Positions 13,814 through 27,541 of a stretch of DNA of 63,381 nucleotides are shown piece after piece. The notes beneath the pieces are model-generated. The model was given only the letters and a program-made list of their open reading frames with translations, was not told the origin of the DNA and ran no database searches. The stretch lies in NCBI GenBank assembly GCA_050230475.1, contig JBFLGF010000101.1:1-63381 (forward strand). The letters run 5' to 3'. A program made the translations under genes and the position numbers. The first letter of the stretch is position 1. Each line of letters starts with the position of its first letter. This DNA is from Ancylonema sp. (taxonomy: Eukaryota).

Positions 13814-15706
13814 CTACGGCCGGCGTTTGCTGAATAACGACAAAACTAAAGCTACGTTTCCCGGAATCACAAAAATCGATGTAATAACAAAAGTTCACAG
13901 CCCTTAAAAAATAACACCCCCTCCTTGGGTACTTCTGTTTTCCCCCTCCAAAAACTATAAACAATTATATCGATTTTTCACAAAAAAACATATACCAACC
14001 AACAAAAACCGTACTTGTCTCATTAACCAACCCTATAGTTCTTCCTTCCCACTTTCATAGACAAAGGATTTCTCCACATCATGAGCGTTGTTCTCATCAG
14101 CTCAAATTGAGTTCTCAGCAAGCCTCAAATCAATATTTTTTTCTTCCATCAATCGAACTCCATTAGCTTCACCAATACCCAATCGCTTCTAATTGAAATA
14201 GATTGCCACATTGTCAGGAGCACTCAGATTCAAGTCCCTTCCACAACTCAAGGAGGTGAGTGTTTGTACCAAACCAATTTTCGAGCTCACATCCTCTCGT
14301 CCACTAAAAAAAGCATACCCTTCCTTGTTGTTGCAAGTTTCAGCATCATCCCCATTGCCAGTAGCATAATAGTCAAGAACCTGCAGATATCCTTTCTGCT
14401 GATGTTGCCCACCCAAATAGACCTACTCCTTTAGGTATTCCAATACTCTTGGAGCCCCCTCCCATTGTTGCGGCTTAGTATACTGATTGTAGCACCCATT
14501 GACATTTTGGGCCAGCATTGACATTTTCTCTACGAGCACCTCTCCTCCCATGACCATCGACACCTCCATATCTTCCTCGATTTGCGATTTTTTTTTGCAC
14601 AGTCCGTTTTGCATAGTTCGCTTCAGCTACCTGGGCTTTGTCATCTCTCACTACTTGCTCTTTCTTGTCCTCCAACTCATCGACTCCCATGTGCCCCCAG
14701 ATCCAACTTATTCCAAGTGCCTCTTTATTTCCATAGTACAGCCTCTTGAGCATTCCATACTTGGTCCTTGACATTCCAGCGAACAACGTCATCACCTGAT
14801 CTTCTTGACGGACTTCAAATTTTTGACGTGTACTCTCTCTCATAATCGACAAAAAATATTTCTTTATATCACGAACTGACATTTTCTCATTGACTCTAAA
14901 ATAATTCAACTTTTCGTTTGCAAGCTGCAGATTTTTTGGCGTCACTCTCCACACTCCTCTCTCGGATAGTCCCACATAGCGTTTGGATCACGCTCATACT
15001 GTTGCATGGCCGTTGCGATGTCTTCGCCAACAAGCGACATCAGCAACATCACTGCTTTCTTTGTTCTCTTGCGAAAGCTTTTGATACAGTGTACTGATTC
15101 ATTTGTGCTTCGTTCATCAGCCAATTATCATCATCTAAACTTGTTGCAACCTTAATCGGTAAAGTTTATGTTCCCTTGCACATCTCAAGACAATCAGCAC
15201 CATCAAGAATCGGTGAAGCCTTAGATCTCCATGCTTGAAAGGGAACTTTCTCTCCATTCACAATGTAGTACCGTGCTCTCATACCACTGTTAGTGCTTTC
15301 TTCCTCCATCGATGCAAGAATGAAGTACACTTCTCTTCAGCTCTCAGGAATCAAGTATTCACGTCATTACAAGCGTCGACACAACAAAAGTGCAAGCTTG
15401 AAGTAGAAAGTATTGGTTACATAATTCTGCATGCAAGGCCAGACCTTGTACAATCGATTGTGATCGATGAAGCTACACAGTCAAAGATCTACTAATATCG
15501 AAACTACTCGGTCCACACCGATCACATCTGAGTATTCTACCACATCACCTATTCTTATTGACACTTGTGCCAGATGGCCAAACTTACCGACACAATCATT
15601 GCAAGAAGAATTACGGCCGGCCTTTGGTGAATAACGACAAAACTAGAGCTAAGTTTCCCGGAATCACAAAAATCGTTTTAACAACAAAAGTTCACAGCCC
15701 CTAAAA
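13814..15706. repeat. Pair of ~95-bp direct repeats (~13814-13910 and ~15612-15706) flanking a decayed minus-strand coding region
   Basis: tacggccggcgtttgctgaataacgacaaaactaaagctacgtttcccggaatcacaaaaatcg...caaaagttcacagccc recurs with few substitutions. Confidence 0.85.
14030..15124 (-). pseudogene. Frameshifted, stop-interrupted remnant of an unidentified gene, probably transposon-derived
   Basis: Overlapping minus-strand ORF pieces (15124-14942, 14975-14475, 14614-14423, 14416-14189) have protein-like composition and lie in AT-rich DNA. No family was recognised. Confidence 0.4.
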
Positions 15707-17187
15707 TCTAACAAAGGTATTTGGCAAGATGTATGCATTTAGGGAGAGATGTTGTCGTGTTTATGATATTATTTAGGGTTATTCAATTACAAGTAATAAA
15801 TAATTGTTTTCAGAAAATCGTTACATTGAAATCCGTTGTATGCGGCGGATTAACTGGGTGCGAATCTCGCACCCATCCTCGCCAGATACCGGAAATGCGA
15901 TTATTCTCGTGTTTGTGCGCGAAATACTTGTTGGATGCCAGATTCGCTATTTCGTACCAAATGAACGGTGTGAATATGTGCGATATAGCATGTGCGAAAC
16001 GGAGGAAGTGCGAAATATAGTTCTTTCTTGTGTGCTGAAATTGTCAAATTTGAGAAGCGTAAATAAGAACGCCAACTCACCTTCTCAAAAGTTAGAGTTC
16101 GGCATCATGATGTAGATAAACTTTTGCTCATTGTAGTCTTCCCTCGTATCAAGTAAGGCATCATGTCCTTTCCGTTTTTTAACGATGAGTACGAAGGAGG
16201 CCTATCTTTTATATTTTCAGTTTTATACTACGTCATTTCAGCTTTAGATGTTTGGAAGGTATCGAAACCGAAACACTCGAACTATGCTCATAGTGTGTTT
16301 GATGTAGATAAACTTCTTTTCATTCATATCACGCCTATGACAAACTTTTTGCGAGGTGGCATTGTCACTTTTCCCGATGAGTCACTGAACATGTCACCAC
16401 GGACAAAGGTGTTGTCTTTCGGATTGGGACTCGTCTATGTACGTTACTTGTCTCACCCAATATCATAAACCCACTAGTAGCACGCCCTAGGCTTCCGTAT
16501 CCGATTACACTCTTGCTCACGCCACTCTATAAAATATTACGCGACCATGGACTTCTACTTTGGTGTTCTTCATTTGCATTGAATTTTCGGAGGATTTCAA
16601 CGCTAGCACTCGGAATTCTCACCTCAAAATCGGAGTACCTAGTTAAAAGAAGGAACGGTCACCCATGTTTGGTTGTTTTGGATCTTGTGTCACCGACCAT
16701 TTAAAGACACAAGATAAAAACGCATTCTCCATTTCCATGGCGCATCGGGTACATTGTTCCTGATAATGTACCCTCAAGCTTGTTTTGGGGCTCGAGCAAT
16801 CATTCTACCTTGTCACTAAATGACAAGAATAATGAATACAAGAGTCATATTTCTAAGCTCCACCCGATGCGATATTCAAAGAGAGGGGAGGCCGATTCGC
16901 ACTTCCACTCAAATACCCCATACTACCACATATCTATTTTACACATACAACCCCTCACACCTCCAAGCCCTAATTCTTAATAAATAAGTAAATCACATTC
17001 TTTGAAGTTTATCCACGGCTCCTATTCCGCTCATACCATTCTTGAGACGTTGGTGATCCGACCACGATTGCGACCGATTTTCTTTAGACCCTCGTGGGTT
17101 CCCCTCGCTCCTATTGTTGTACATCTACACTTCCGTCACCGCTCCGCCAAGAATCAATACGAATAAATAAGCGTCCGCTGTCCCCAG

Positions 17188-20015
17188 TCACGCAGCAAGC
17201 GATGGCTTGCTCATCCCTTCCACCCCAACCACTTTCACACTTTCCAGCACGTACTCCGGCAGAGGGATCTGCATCAATTTCTGTCCTGGAGAGCCTTCCG
17301 GTCTCTCTCCTTCCTTCCCCTTCTCCCCCTCCCTCGACCTTTCCACCGCCCAGCTGTACATCACCATGCCCCCGAGCGCGATGCTGATCCCGTAAATATT
17401 CCGGATCGACACGGGGCTTTCGAATAGGAATGCCCCCAGCACGATCACAAGGATGGTCTTCACAGTCCCCAGAACTTGGAAGGTGACTGCGGACGACTTG
17501 TTGATGCACAGGTATTGACTCAAATTGCAGCCCATGGCCAGGACGCAGGACAGGCCAATGAAAAACTGCCACGTACACACACACATCAATGGGAAGACAG
17601 GGTTTTTACACGAGTGTGTGCATATACAGGGATTTTACACCAAATTAAAATCCAGGAATCAACAATATAACCAAGGTCCAGGTTCAAATACAGGTTCAGA
17701 TTCAGGTTCAGGTTCACCTTTTAACTACAGTAGCTTGTGATAAAGATAACCTTTTGACCTTTTTTTGGGCCAACCAGGGCCCAGGCTAGTGGAGTCAAAT
17801 TGTTGAACAGGCGCCTTGAGTGCCCACAGAAAAAGATTTTAAAAAAAAAGAAAAGGAAACCAACAAAAGAAGAGAAAGAAAGAATGAAAGAAAGAAAAAA
17901 ACATGAACAGCACGATTAACACCAAGCATGCATAGCGACTCACTGCAGCTTGCGGCCGTAGGTTGTAGCTCGTGACGACTGCGTTTGACAAGAAGTAGTC
18001 GACACACGGACCAAGGGGGAGGAGGGACAGTGCTTGGACGGACGCGGTTTGTGCGAGGAGGGGGAAGGACCCGAGGCGGTGCTTGCGCTGGAGAGAGCCG
18101 ATGAGCTGGAGGGACAGAAGGATAAGGAAGATGGTATGAAGGATGCATGGTAAGGAGTCTGAGTGACAGGTCGTTGTAAACAGATCGCCTGTTCTTGGTG
18201 TGTATTGGACGCAGCAAGAAGATAAGATATCCTTATGCAGCCGCAGAGAATGGGAGAGGGAGTTGAAGACATGTGTACGATCGAAACTAGAAACCATAGT
18301 TCCAGTACCTCTATAGCAACGAAACAATGACCATATTGGTGTCACCAACGTGACTTGAGGTATGAGTACTTTGAATGATTATCATATACTGCATCACTCC
18401 CTCTTCCACCCCCTAAAGACCCCCCCTTACACTCTGCTGCAGTGCCGTGCAGAACACGGCAACCGCCGCGGCGACTAGTCCAGGAATGTTGTTCACTCGC
18501 AGTGTGCTTCCCGTGCATATGCCCACTCCGAGCATGACCACGGACGTGGACAGCTTCACCTCCCGACTGTACGACTTGCCGTGGAGCAACCACTCGAGGG
18601 CACAGGTGGCGGGAATGACGCTCAGCTTCGAAATCTGGAGAGGAAGGAGAAGAGGAAGAAGAAGGAGGGAGAGAGGGAGAGAGGAAGGTTCGGGTGGACA
18701 AGGCTGTCAGGGGGAAGGCGATGGCAATATTAAATACAAATGCGGACTGGCTACTCCACATCCTGGTGCGATTACGAAATGTATTTGAGTATTTGGCGGA
18801 TCATACGGTTCAGCGAATCGTTTCGATGAAACATCATCATTCTCCATGCATCCTCATTACATGCATACACCAAGGGCAATGAGGGGTGCTTGCCTGATAG
18901 AATCCGACAGTGTTCAGCATGAGGCTGATGTTCATAGAAATGAGGGAACCGTTGGAGACCAGGGAGAAGCCGATGAGCTCCCAGAGGGGAACGATAACCG
19001 TTTTGTTTTCTGATGACGTGGCGACGGATATAAGGGCTCCAATGATGGCCGTGGACACGAGGTGGATGGAGACCAGGGTGGTTGCTGCACGCCAGTGGGA
19101 AAAGAATGTGTTGAAAAAAGTCAACAGCCATCATCATTACCTCATTGTCTACGTTGCCATTTTCTGCCAGTGTTTGCCATGCTTCTGCCATTTTCGCTGG
19201 TGCTGCCTTCGGTATCCCCAAAGAGTGCGAGTGACTGGATCTCAGGATTTGATCGAAAATTGACTGTTGTATCTGCTACAGAATGAAGAACTACACACCT
19301 GAGTTGCCTGGACAAGCCCTGAGTTGTCTACAAGAACATTCACACCTGAACAATGCACGAGTCCCACGAGTCCCGACCGATCCTAGCTGTCATTGACTCG
19401 GAGTCTTCCGTATTATGAGTCTGCAGTCGGCTCAGAACACTAGATCTCATGACGGTACTGCATGTGGTGTATTCGGTGATGGTGACGCTGATGTGGTGTC
19501 CCAGTGAGGCGGACAGGAGGCATCGGATGTGCCTTGCCCGGATTTCAGAGGGCACGTGTCAAAGTATGATGTATAATCTCTGCGGTGGTGAAGTCTGGTC
19601 ACATTCCGTACGAATGGCGATCATGCTGTTAAAGGAAAGAGGCAGCCGCTCGGTCTTTTCTCGACATGTACTTCTCGATGCAAACTTTCACACGAACAAA
19701 CTAGGACAGGCCGCTAGTCTTCTGGGCCGCCCTTTGGAATGAACTTCCAGTTCGAGGCAAATGCACGAAAATTAGAGCAGAGGCGGAAAACGACTGTACG
19801 AGGCTGACTATGTCGCAGAAATGTCCCGGGCTACGGTTTGTGGAATAGATTGTGTATGCCATGGCTAATTACAAAGTGTGGTAGCGGTGAGACGACTTAC
19901 GAAATCTGAAGTTGAAGGCAGACATAATTTCCTTATTTGCGAGTATAATACCCACGGATGACACAATATTGAGCGCCCATGCCGATGCGCTCGAGAGAGC
20001 AAATGGATCGCTCAT
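17188..20015 (-). CDS. URGT: Nucleotide-sugar transporter (UDP-rhamnose/UDP-galactose transporter, NST-KT/TPT family)
   Basis: Exons 20015-19901, 19084-18894, 18634-~18430, ~18107-17944, ~17565-17188 give '[17 protein letters not shown]', '[22 protein letters not shown]', 'IGSLQRKH' and '[24 protein letters not shown]'. Confidence 0.9.
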
Positions 20016-20843
20016 CTTTGACTGGACATACAGATCGCAGGAACAACCCCTAGATCTCTCCCTGACCGCAGGAAGATAAAAAGATATTCCTTCGGCGTAT
20101 TCGCACGGGGTTGCCCCTTTTCGTCCACACAAAGCTTCTTCCGTGCACCCTGCACACTTACTCTACGGTCCCACTGGGCCTGATGCTAGCGATTTCGAAA
20201 CCGTCATGCCGAGGTATTGCCAGACCTAGTTGCTCTGTATATGCCAAACAACTAACGACTGGATTTGAACGCTGCCAAGCCCCATTTGCGTATACGAAGG
20301 CGCCTAGGCCAGAGGAATGGCAGCAGAAGTTCGAGTTTCAACGGCGTCTGACAGATTTCTTCAAATTTGGTGCGCATTGACAGGTGTCCGGAGTCCCGAC
20401 TCGGGACGGACCGACAAAAACGAGACGGAGAAATTTGTCAGATTCGTTGGCGATTCTGCCCTCACCCGGGGCGGGGCAGAATCGCCAAGGCAGAAGGGGG
20501 TATCCATATCTTGACCACCGTTTCCCCTAGCCTCTCCGCAGCTGGCATGTGGCAAACGGGAGGGCCGCGAGGGGAGTAGGGGTGGGGCAGTTATTGCCCA
20601 CGGCAGAAACCCAAGTTGTTCGTTGACAGCTCCCGCCGTCATGATAAAAAGTCTTGGCACGTGGCAACGAGGCTCGCGGAAAAGTTTGAATTCAAGCTTG
20701 CATTCCACGTAACAAAAAAAGAGCTAAGGAATAAATTCTAGGTGTCAGTTGAGAAGTTGAGCCGATCGTTACAGAGAATTTTCACGTTCGTCAGTAGTTG
20801 AGTTGAGAGTGGAAGAAAGCTTTTTTTTTTTTTTGCTTGCTCC

Positions 20844-23189
20844 ATGGGTGCAAATCAGAGCCAGGAGGGACGGTTGGGGGACGGAGACGAGGATGAAGTT
20901 TTTGAGGACGCGGAAACACCTACCGATGTGCAACAAAAGCCCTCTCCGAAATCTGGAAAGCCTGCTCCCTCTTCGAAAAAAAATACATGCCTATACAAAC
21001 ACAATCCAAACGGGAAATGGGTGACAGCGCTTAAACAACCTATCTGGAAGTTCTCGCAATTAGGTTCCGAGGACGACTCAGAGGAAGATGAAGATGATGC
21101 GTGGCGGAAACGGAGGGAAGAATCTGACGAAGGGGGGGCTCAGGACTGGTATTTAGTGGAGGGGTCCACGGTGCAAGCTCTGGTGGGCTCCTCTTTGGGG
21201 GTCCGTTTCAACGACGACCAGCTCCGTGTAGACTTTCTGTCTGGATTCGTGTGGGCCCTGCAGTTTAGTACGGTAGAAGAATACAAATCCTTCGTCGGAC
21301 AATACACCGATTGCGTCTTCGAGAACACTCACCACATGGAGGCCACGACAGCCAATCGGGTGAAAGTGCTCGGCAAGGATTATCTGCATTGGGCTGCAGG
21401 GGAGGACCCCGAGGAGTCCATGTGGGATGCGGACGATTCTTTCGCAGCCCCTCCAGCCACCCCTCCCCCTCCCCCTAAAGTCAGAGAAACATATTCACAC
21501 TCCGCAGGAAAAGGGGTGCAGAGCTTGAGCATGGGGGCGTTGAAAAACAGTTACCTCTTGTACGAGGGGGGACTCGATGTGTATCGCAACATGGACGAGG
21601 GGATTCAGGCCGAGGAGGGCATGACAATAACGATGCCGAAAACCAGCGGGAGTCCGTACATCACTCCCAAGAAGGGTCTCCTGATGCGCAGAGAAACGAG
21701 TATGATGCTCATGAGCCCATCCCAGTCCAAGGGCGTGCAGCAACTGGACATCGACACGGGGAAGATAGTCGCCAACTGGCAGTTCGAAAAGGACGGGACC
21801 CCCATCTCCATGCGGGACATCACCGGCGACTCCAAGGGGTCGCAGTTGGAGACGGAGTCCACTTTCCTGGGGCTCGACGATAACCGTCTCTGCCGCTGGG
21901 ACATGCGAGACCGGCACGGGGTGGTCCAACAGCTGGCGAGCCCCGTGCTCTCCTGGGCAGAGGGCCACCAGTTCTCCAAGGGAACCAATTTCCAGTGCTT
22001 CGCGTCCACAGGCGACGGGTCGGTGGCTGTGGGGTCCAGAGACGGGAAAGTGCGCCTATACAGCACCACGACCATGCGCGTGGCCAAGACGTCGTTTCCG
22101 TCGCTGGGCTCTCCGATCACGCACATCGACGCCAGTTTCGACGGCAAGTGGGTGCTGGCTACCACGGACACGTACCTGATGGTCTTCAGCACCACCTTCA
22201 GGGATGGGGACGGGAGGGAGAAGTCGGGGTTTGCCGCGCGGATGGGGGGGAACATCAGCGCGCCGAGGGTGCTCAAGCTCACCCCCATTGACGCGCATGC
22301 TGCGGGGGGGAAACTTAAGTTCCAGGGGGCGCAGTTTTCCTGGGTAAGGCTTTTTTCTGGGTAGCCGTTATGGGGGGGTTCTGGGTCGTTATATACGGGG
22401 TAGAGAGCCTGCTCTTGCCTGGATTGCAGTGGGAAAATGCGGTGGAGACATGCTCTGATGCGCAGGAGCTTGGGGAAACGTATCCTGAGATTGAGACATA
22501 CTGACGTACTGACATACTGACATTCTATTCTGATAAGAGTACGGGACAGACTTAAATACTCTGGGCGCTCTCATGTGCCTGGTCTTAAAGATCCTGATCT
22601 TCATCCTGATCCTGATCCTGATCCTTATCCTAGATCACAGGAAATCGGAATTCCATGACAAGACGGGATGCTGAAACAAATAATATGCAACTGCTAATGT
22701 GTGCAAGATCATGTTATCTTTTTTGTACATGCAATATGCTAATCTCTCCCGGTTTCATGTCAGTCACAACTTGGCGTGTGGTTCATGGAAACCAAACCAA
22801 CCTTTGTGCTCATGGTTGACTAAGTTCACTCAATCTCTAGAAAAAAAATGTTTGTTTTTTTATGGGTTTCTTTGGGTTTTTCAACCATACGTTTTCATCC
22901 TTTTGGGTTTGTTTTTTAGGTAACACAAGCCGGGCGACATGAGCGAAACATCGTGACGTCCGTGGGGCAGTTTTCGGTGGTGTGGACTTTCCGGCGAGTG
23001 AAGCAGTCGGAGCATGAGTGTTACCGGGTGGGCGAGGGGTTGAAGACCTGCTTTTGCTACAAGGTCGTGCCAAAGGAGGAGAATGTGATTGAGAGCCGTT
23101 TCATGCACGACGACTTTGTGAACACTCGCTCTCCGGAGGCGCCTCTGGTTGTGGCTACGCCTGCTATGATTTCCTCATTCAATGTCTAG
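20844..23189 (+). CDS. CYPRO4: CYPRO4 / DEM / VID27-like WD40 protein
   Basis: Exons 20844-22343 and 22920-23189. N-terminal MGANQS is a myristoylation-type start. Motifs include 'QLDIDTGKIVANWQFEKDGT', 'TFLGLDDNRLCRWDMRD', 'GHQFSKGTNFQCFASTGDGS' and 'CYKVVPKEENVIESRFMHD'. Confidence 0.93.
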
Positions 23190-23903
23190 ATTTGAGGGTG
23201 GAGTTGTATGCAGTTTGACAGGATTCGAACCATTTTTTACACAACAATAATGTAGGAACATTTTTGAACATTTTGGATGCGGTAATATGATAGAAGGATG
23301 AAACTTTTGAGTGTAACACGACTTAAGATGTGGATTCATGTGGTGTATTGACGGGGATTGGTTCATGAACGGTGTGGTGATGCCGAAATGTTGTTGTACA
23401 TCCTTCGCAGAGCTCCGCCTACGACTCAGATTTTAGGCACATGGTGGTCGGTGGTGTTGTATTCTTTTGTAGATATGGCAATTAATATTTGTGTACAAAT
23501 GGATGTGTGCCGTTTTCATGATGTGTAAGTGGGAACAACAACTTGATGTGGAATGCAAGTTTGACTCTGACTTTCACCTGCATTTAAACACAGGCCATTC
23601 AATTCACTTCAATGTCTCCCTTCCATGTGAAAAAAATTATTTGTTGTGCATTTTTTTTGTCGGTAGCTTGTCTTTATACGTAGGTGTCGTTGTTCCCACA
23701 TCTTAATCACAACCAACACGTTCGTGAATGAGACCTAAGAAAGAAACATAATCAAGTTTGAGTCCATTCTCTTTGGTACCTAGGATGATAAGGATGTTTG
23801 TTTCCCCAAGTCCGCAAAGCCACCGCAACGGACACAACATGATGGTTTTTCGAAATGCGTTAAATTAGAACCGTGTACCATTTCCATTCAACAACCACCT
23901 GAC

Positions 23904-24132
23904 CACTGTTGGGCCTAAGCCGTCCAGATCACCGATCCGGATCGGCGCCGGATCGGATTGGGCCCAACAAGATTATTCAAAACAAAAAAAACAAACAAAA
24001 GTCGTGGGGAGATTTATGCCACAACGGGTGCATATAAACCCCGTTTTCCATCAGTTTCAACTAATGTTCGGCACATCCGATCCGGATCGGCAACGGATCG
24101 GAAATTCCTCGATCGGACTTGGCCCAACTATG
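23904..24132. mobile_element. Old hAT-derived MITE
   Basis: Termini CACTGTTGGGCC ... GGCCCAACTATG resemble the CATAGTT hAT ends elsewhere in the window. Subterminal CCGATCCGGATCGG repeats are present. The 8-bp flanks cacctgac / tacctaat differ only by transitions. Confidence 0.6.
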
Positions 24133-24291
24133 TACCTAATTCAGCAGGACCACATTTTGTCGAATTGAAAGTAGCTTCCGTCGAATTAAAGTTACAATGG
24201 GAAAGTGGTACTGCCTTGTGCTATAATTACCCAAGGCATATGTTGTGCATTTGACACATACTACTTGCTTATCTTTGTTTCCCTTCTATTT

Positions 24292-27200
24292 CTACGGTCG
24301 ATCCCAGCTTGTTGCTTTCGTACTCAAGTTTCCGTAATACAATGCTGACGTGGATGTATCCCAAAAAGTCTGCAAACAAACGGCACAACAAAGTTCTCCC
24401 CGTAAGCAATGCAGCATACACGCAAACCCAATCAATAGTCAAGGCCCAAAAAAAAAAAAAAAAAAACCTCAGAGATTCACACCCAGCAATGTTAATGCGT
24501 CCATGATTACATCACAAGGGCCTCACAAAGTAACCTTGAGGCCGCTGCACACAGTTTGCACACGTGAGAACACCCGAGTAGGCACCTGGATAAAAAAACT
24601 ATGAAGCTTCCTAAACGTAAAGGATACATCAAGCACCTTAAGACCCTCCACAGTCCCCAACTCGGACCCCGACCCCAACCCAAGCAACATGAAGCTGCAC
24701 ACCTTCCATCCCGGCGGTAGGCCCTTGCTAGCTGCTCGCAGCTTCGCCTTCGCGTTTTCCGTCAGATTCAATCGCTGATCTTTGGAACCCTTTTTGCTCG
24801 ACTCCGATTTTTTCTTCCCCTCCCCACCCACCCGTTTCCCCTCCCCTCCCTCTGCTCCACCGCCTTTCTTTGCTCGCTCCACCCTCTCTCGCCTGGACAA
24901 TTGAAAGGGGGACCACGTCAACTCATGTTACCTTCTCAACAAGGTCGGAAACATTCAAGTATATAAATAGGCAAAGGGGAGAACATGCGCAGTGGCACTG
25001 CCACACTTAAGCGAACCGGCTTTGGACAATGAAACCTGGCTAAATTAATGTAGTAGAAATTGATAACCTGTCAAATCTGATAGAAAATCTTCCGCCCGAT
25101 TACGAGTTTTCACCCAAAATCTGACGTGTTAATCAGTAACCTGTCTAAATAAATATATTTTCCGGTCCCAACATAATTAATATAGACAGGTTTTACCATA
25201 TGTTCTGTCTTACCAGTCTGACCCCAGCGGCTGAAAATTGGCATTCACCTTCACTGCTCCTTGAGCCAATTGCTCTCGCTTCCACAACTGCACAAAAAGG
25301 AAAAAAAAGAAATAAAAAAAAACGATCAAAAACTTCGACAGTTTCAGACACATCCAGCAGAGGTTCCTCCACCCCCACCCCTCCCCCCACCTCCATCTCC
25401 TCCACCCGCTTCCTCTCCACCTCGGCTGCGTCCACCTCCTCCTCCCCATCCCCCTCCTCCTCCCCCTCCTCCATTTCCTCCTTGGCCGCTTTCCACTTGT
25501 CCACCAGAAAAGAAAACTTTTTATTGGCCTTGAGAGCCAGCGGCCTCTTCTTACTCACCGCCACCTGGACTACAGGTCTGCTTCCTGCTACAGGTTGCGC
25601 TACAGTGGCTTGCTGAATCAGTCCCCAACTGCCCACCCCCACCCCCACCCCCACCCCAACCTCTGGCAGCAGGGGGGCAGGGACGGGTATCTGCAGGGGG
25701 GGGGTGGATGCCAGCCGGGGGGGGGGGGGGTTGCGCACAGGGGCAGCGAAGATCTGGGCGGAAAAGATATGAGGGCGCACAAGTGGCGTACTGACAGGTG
25801 GCACCTGAACAGGTGGCATCTGGTCAGGAGGAGGGGTTGGGGGTATGGTGAGGGGTGGCAGGTCCATATCCACATCCATATCTTCTTCCTCAAAGGGTGG
25901 GGGGGGGTTGGGAGGGGATGGTGGATCCGGGTCTGGATACGTCAGGGTGGGGCCCGCCAGGTCAGCATCTCGTTCTGCTGTCGCCACATCAGCATCACCG
26001 GGGACGGACTCCATGCCACCTAGCACCTCCCCGTCCTCCATGCTCTCTGATGCACTCTGGGAGTCGCTACAATCCGATCTTTTTCTCTTGGATTTCCTGC
26101 TGACGTCATCGTTCACGTTCTCGTCCTTGCTGACGTCACTATCCAAGTCCCCTGCCACTCTGCCCCCCTGAAGCCCGGCGTCGTCGTCCCCCCTGCTGAC
26201 ATCATCCTCGCGTCGCTCCCTGCCCGTCTGCTGCGCGGCAGACCCCTTGGTGGGCCCACCCCCCTCGTGGTCGGTTGCATTCTTTCCTATGCTGACATCA
26301 TCACTCTCGTCGTTGCTGACGTCAGCTTTCCTCTCCCTCGATCTGTCCTCTGACAATTCACGGTCATCCGCCGCGGTTTCCCGCTCTGCAGGTGGGGGTT
26401 CCGCACCCCCCTCTGCAGCAAACGCCTTCAGGCGTGCCAGCTCAGCATCGAGACGCCTCGACCACCAATCATCACGCGCCACCTCAGCAACTTCCGCGGC
26501 CCTACATGCGTCCTCGTGACGAATCTGAGCCTCCACCGCCCGCCATACAGGTGTCGCGATCTCCCTGCACCACCACATCCAAGAGCACCATGAGGTTGAC
26601 ACCTGGACACTCTCTTTCAAACCCCATTGAAGTACGGAGTACGCTCTCTTTCTTCCCGCAGCTCTGCTTACCCGACTGCTTCCTTCAGCGTCTCAGCTAC
26701 CATCTCCCATTCTCTCACACGAAGTATCCACACCCCCTCCTTCTCCCCTCCTCCATCTCCTTCTCCACCTCCATTTCCATTTTCTTCTCCTTGTCCTCGT
26801 CTCCCACCAGCCCCTACAGCATCAAAGCCTTGTGCAGACTCCGGATTAGCATCAGGGAGTGCCACTCCCTCTTCTCCCTCTTCTCCCTTTACGTCCTCTT
26901 CTCCCTTCTCTCCCTTTTCTCCGTTTTCTCCCTTTTCTCCGTTTTTTCCCTTTTCTCCATTTTCTCCCTCCTCTCCCTCTTCTCCCTTTTCTCCCTTTTC
27001 TCCCTTTTCTCCCAGCCCTTTTGCCATTTTCTCACTCCCTTTGATCACTTTCTGCTTTGCAGCGTCAGTGGCTGCATACAGAGCCTCGGGAAGCGTCCAG
27101 GAAGTTTCCTGAGTAATCTTGTTCCAGTAATAGGTCACCCCAGTGGCGGTGTCCACTGCAGCTGCCCAAGGGTAGGGCACTTCTGCCATTCTAACCCTTT

Positions 27201-27471
27201 CTGCCAAGATTTCCTCTGACATTCTGCCATCTTCTGCCAGGGCAACATCAGGCACTTCGCCATTTCCTGCCACGTAAGCCTCCTGCAGCAGCCCCTCCCT
27301 CTCCATCTCCAACAAGAAATTCGCGACCTGAACCCAAAAGTGGAACAGCATCATCAAAAGAACATTCGATGGATCTCCGTCCATGACCACCGCTCTCCTG
27401 GAAGTGACACCAGGTTTCAAAACCAGGTTTCCACGTTCGTTACAATGTAGAATGATGACGTGAGGGAGAGA

Positions 27472-27541
<70 letters not shown>

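Noticed and set aside
16472..16490. CACTAGTAG as a CACTA transposon end
   Set aside because: No matching inverted end or 3-bp TSD was found.
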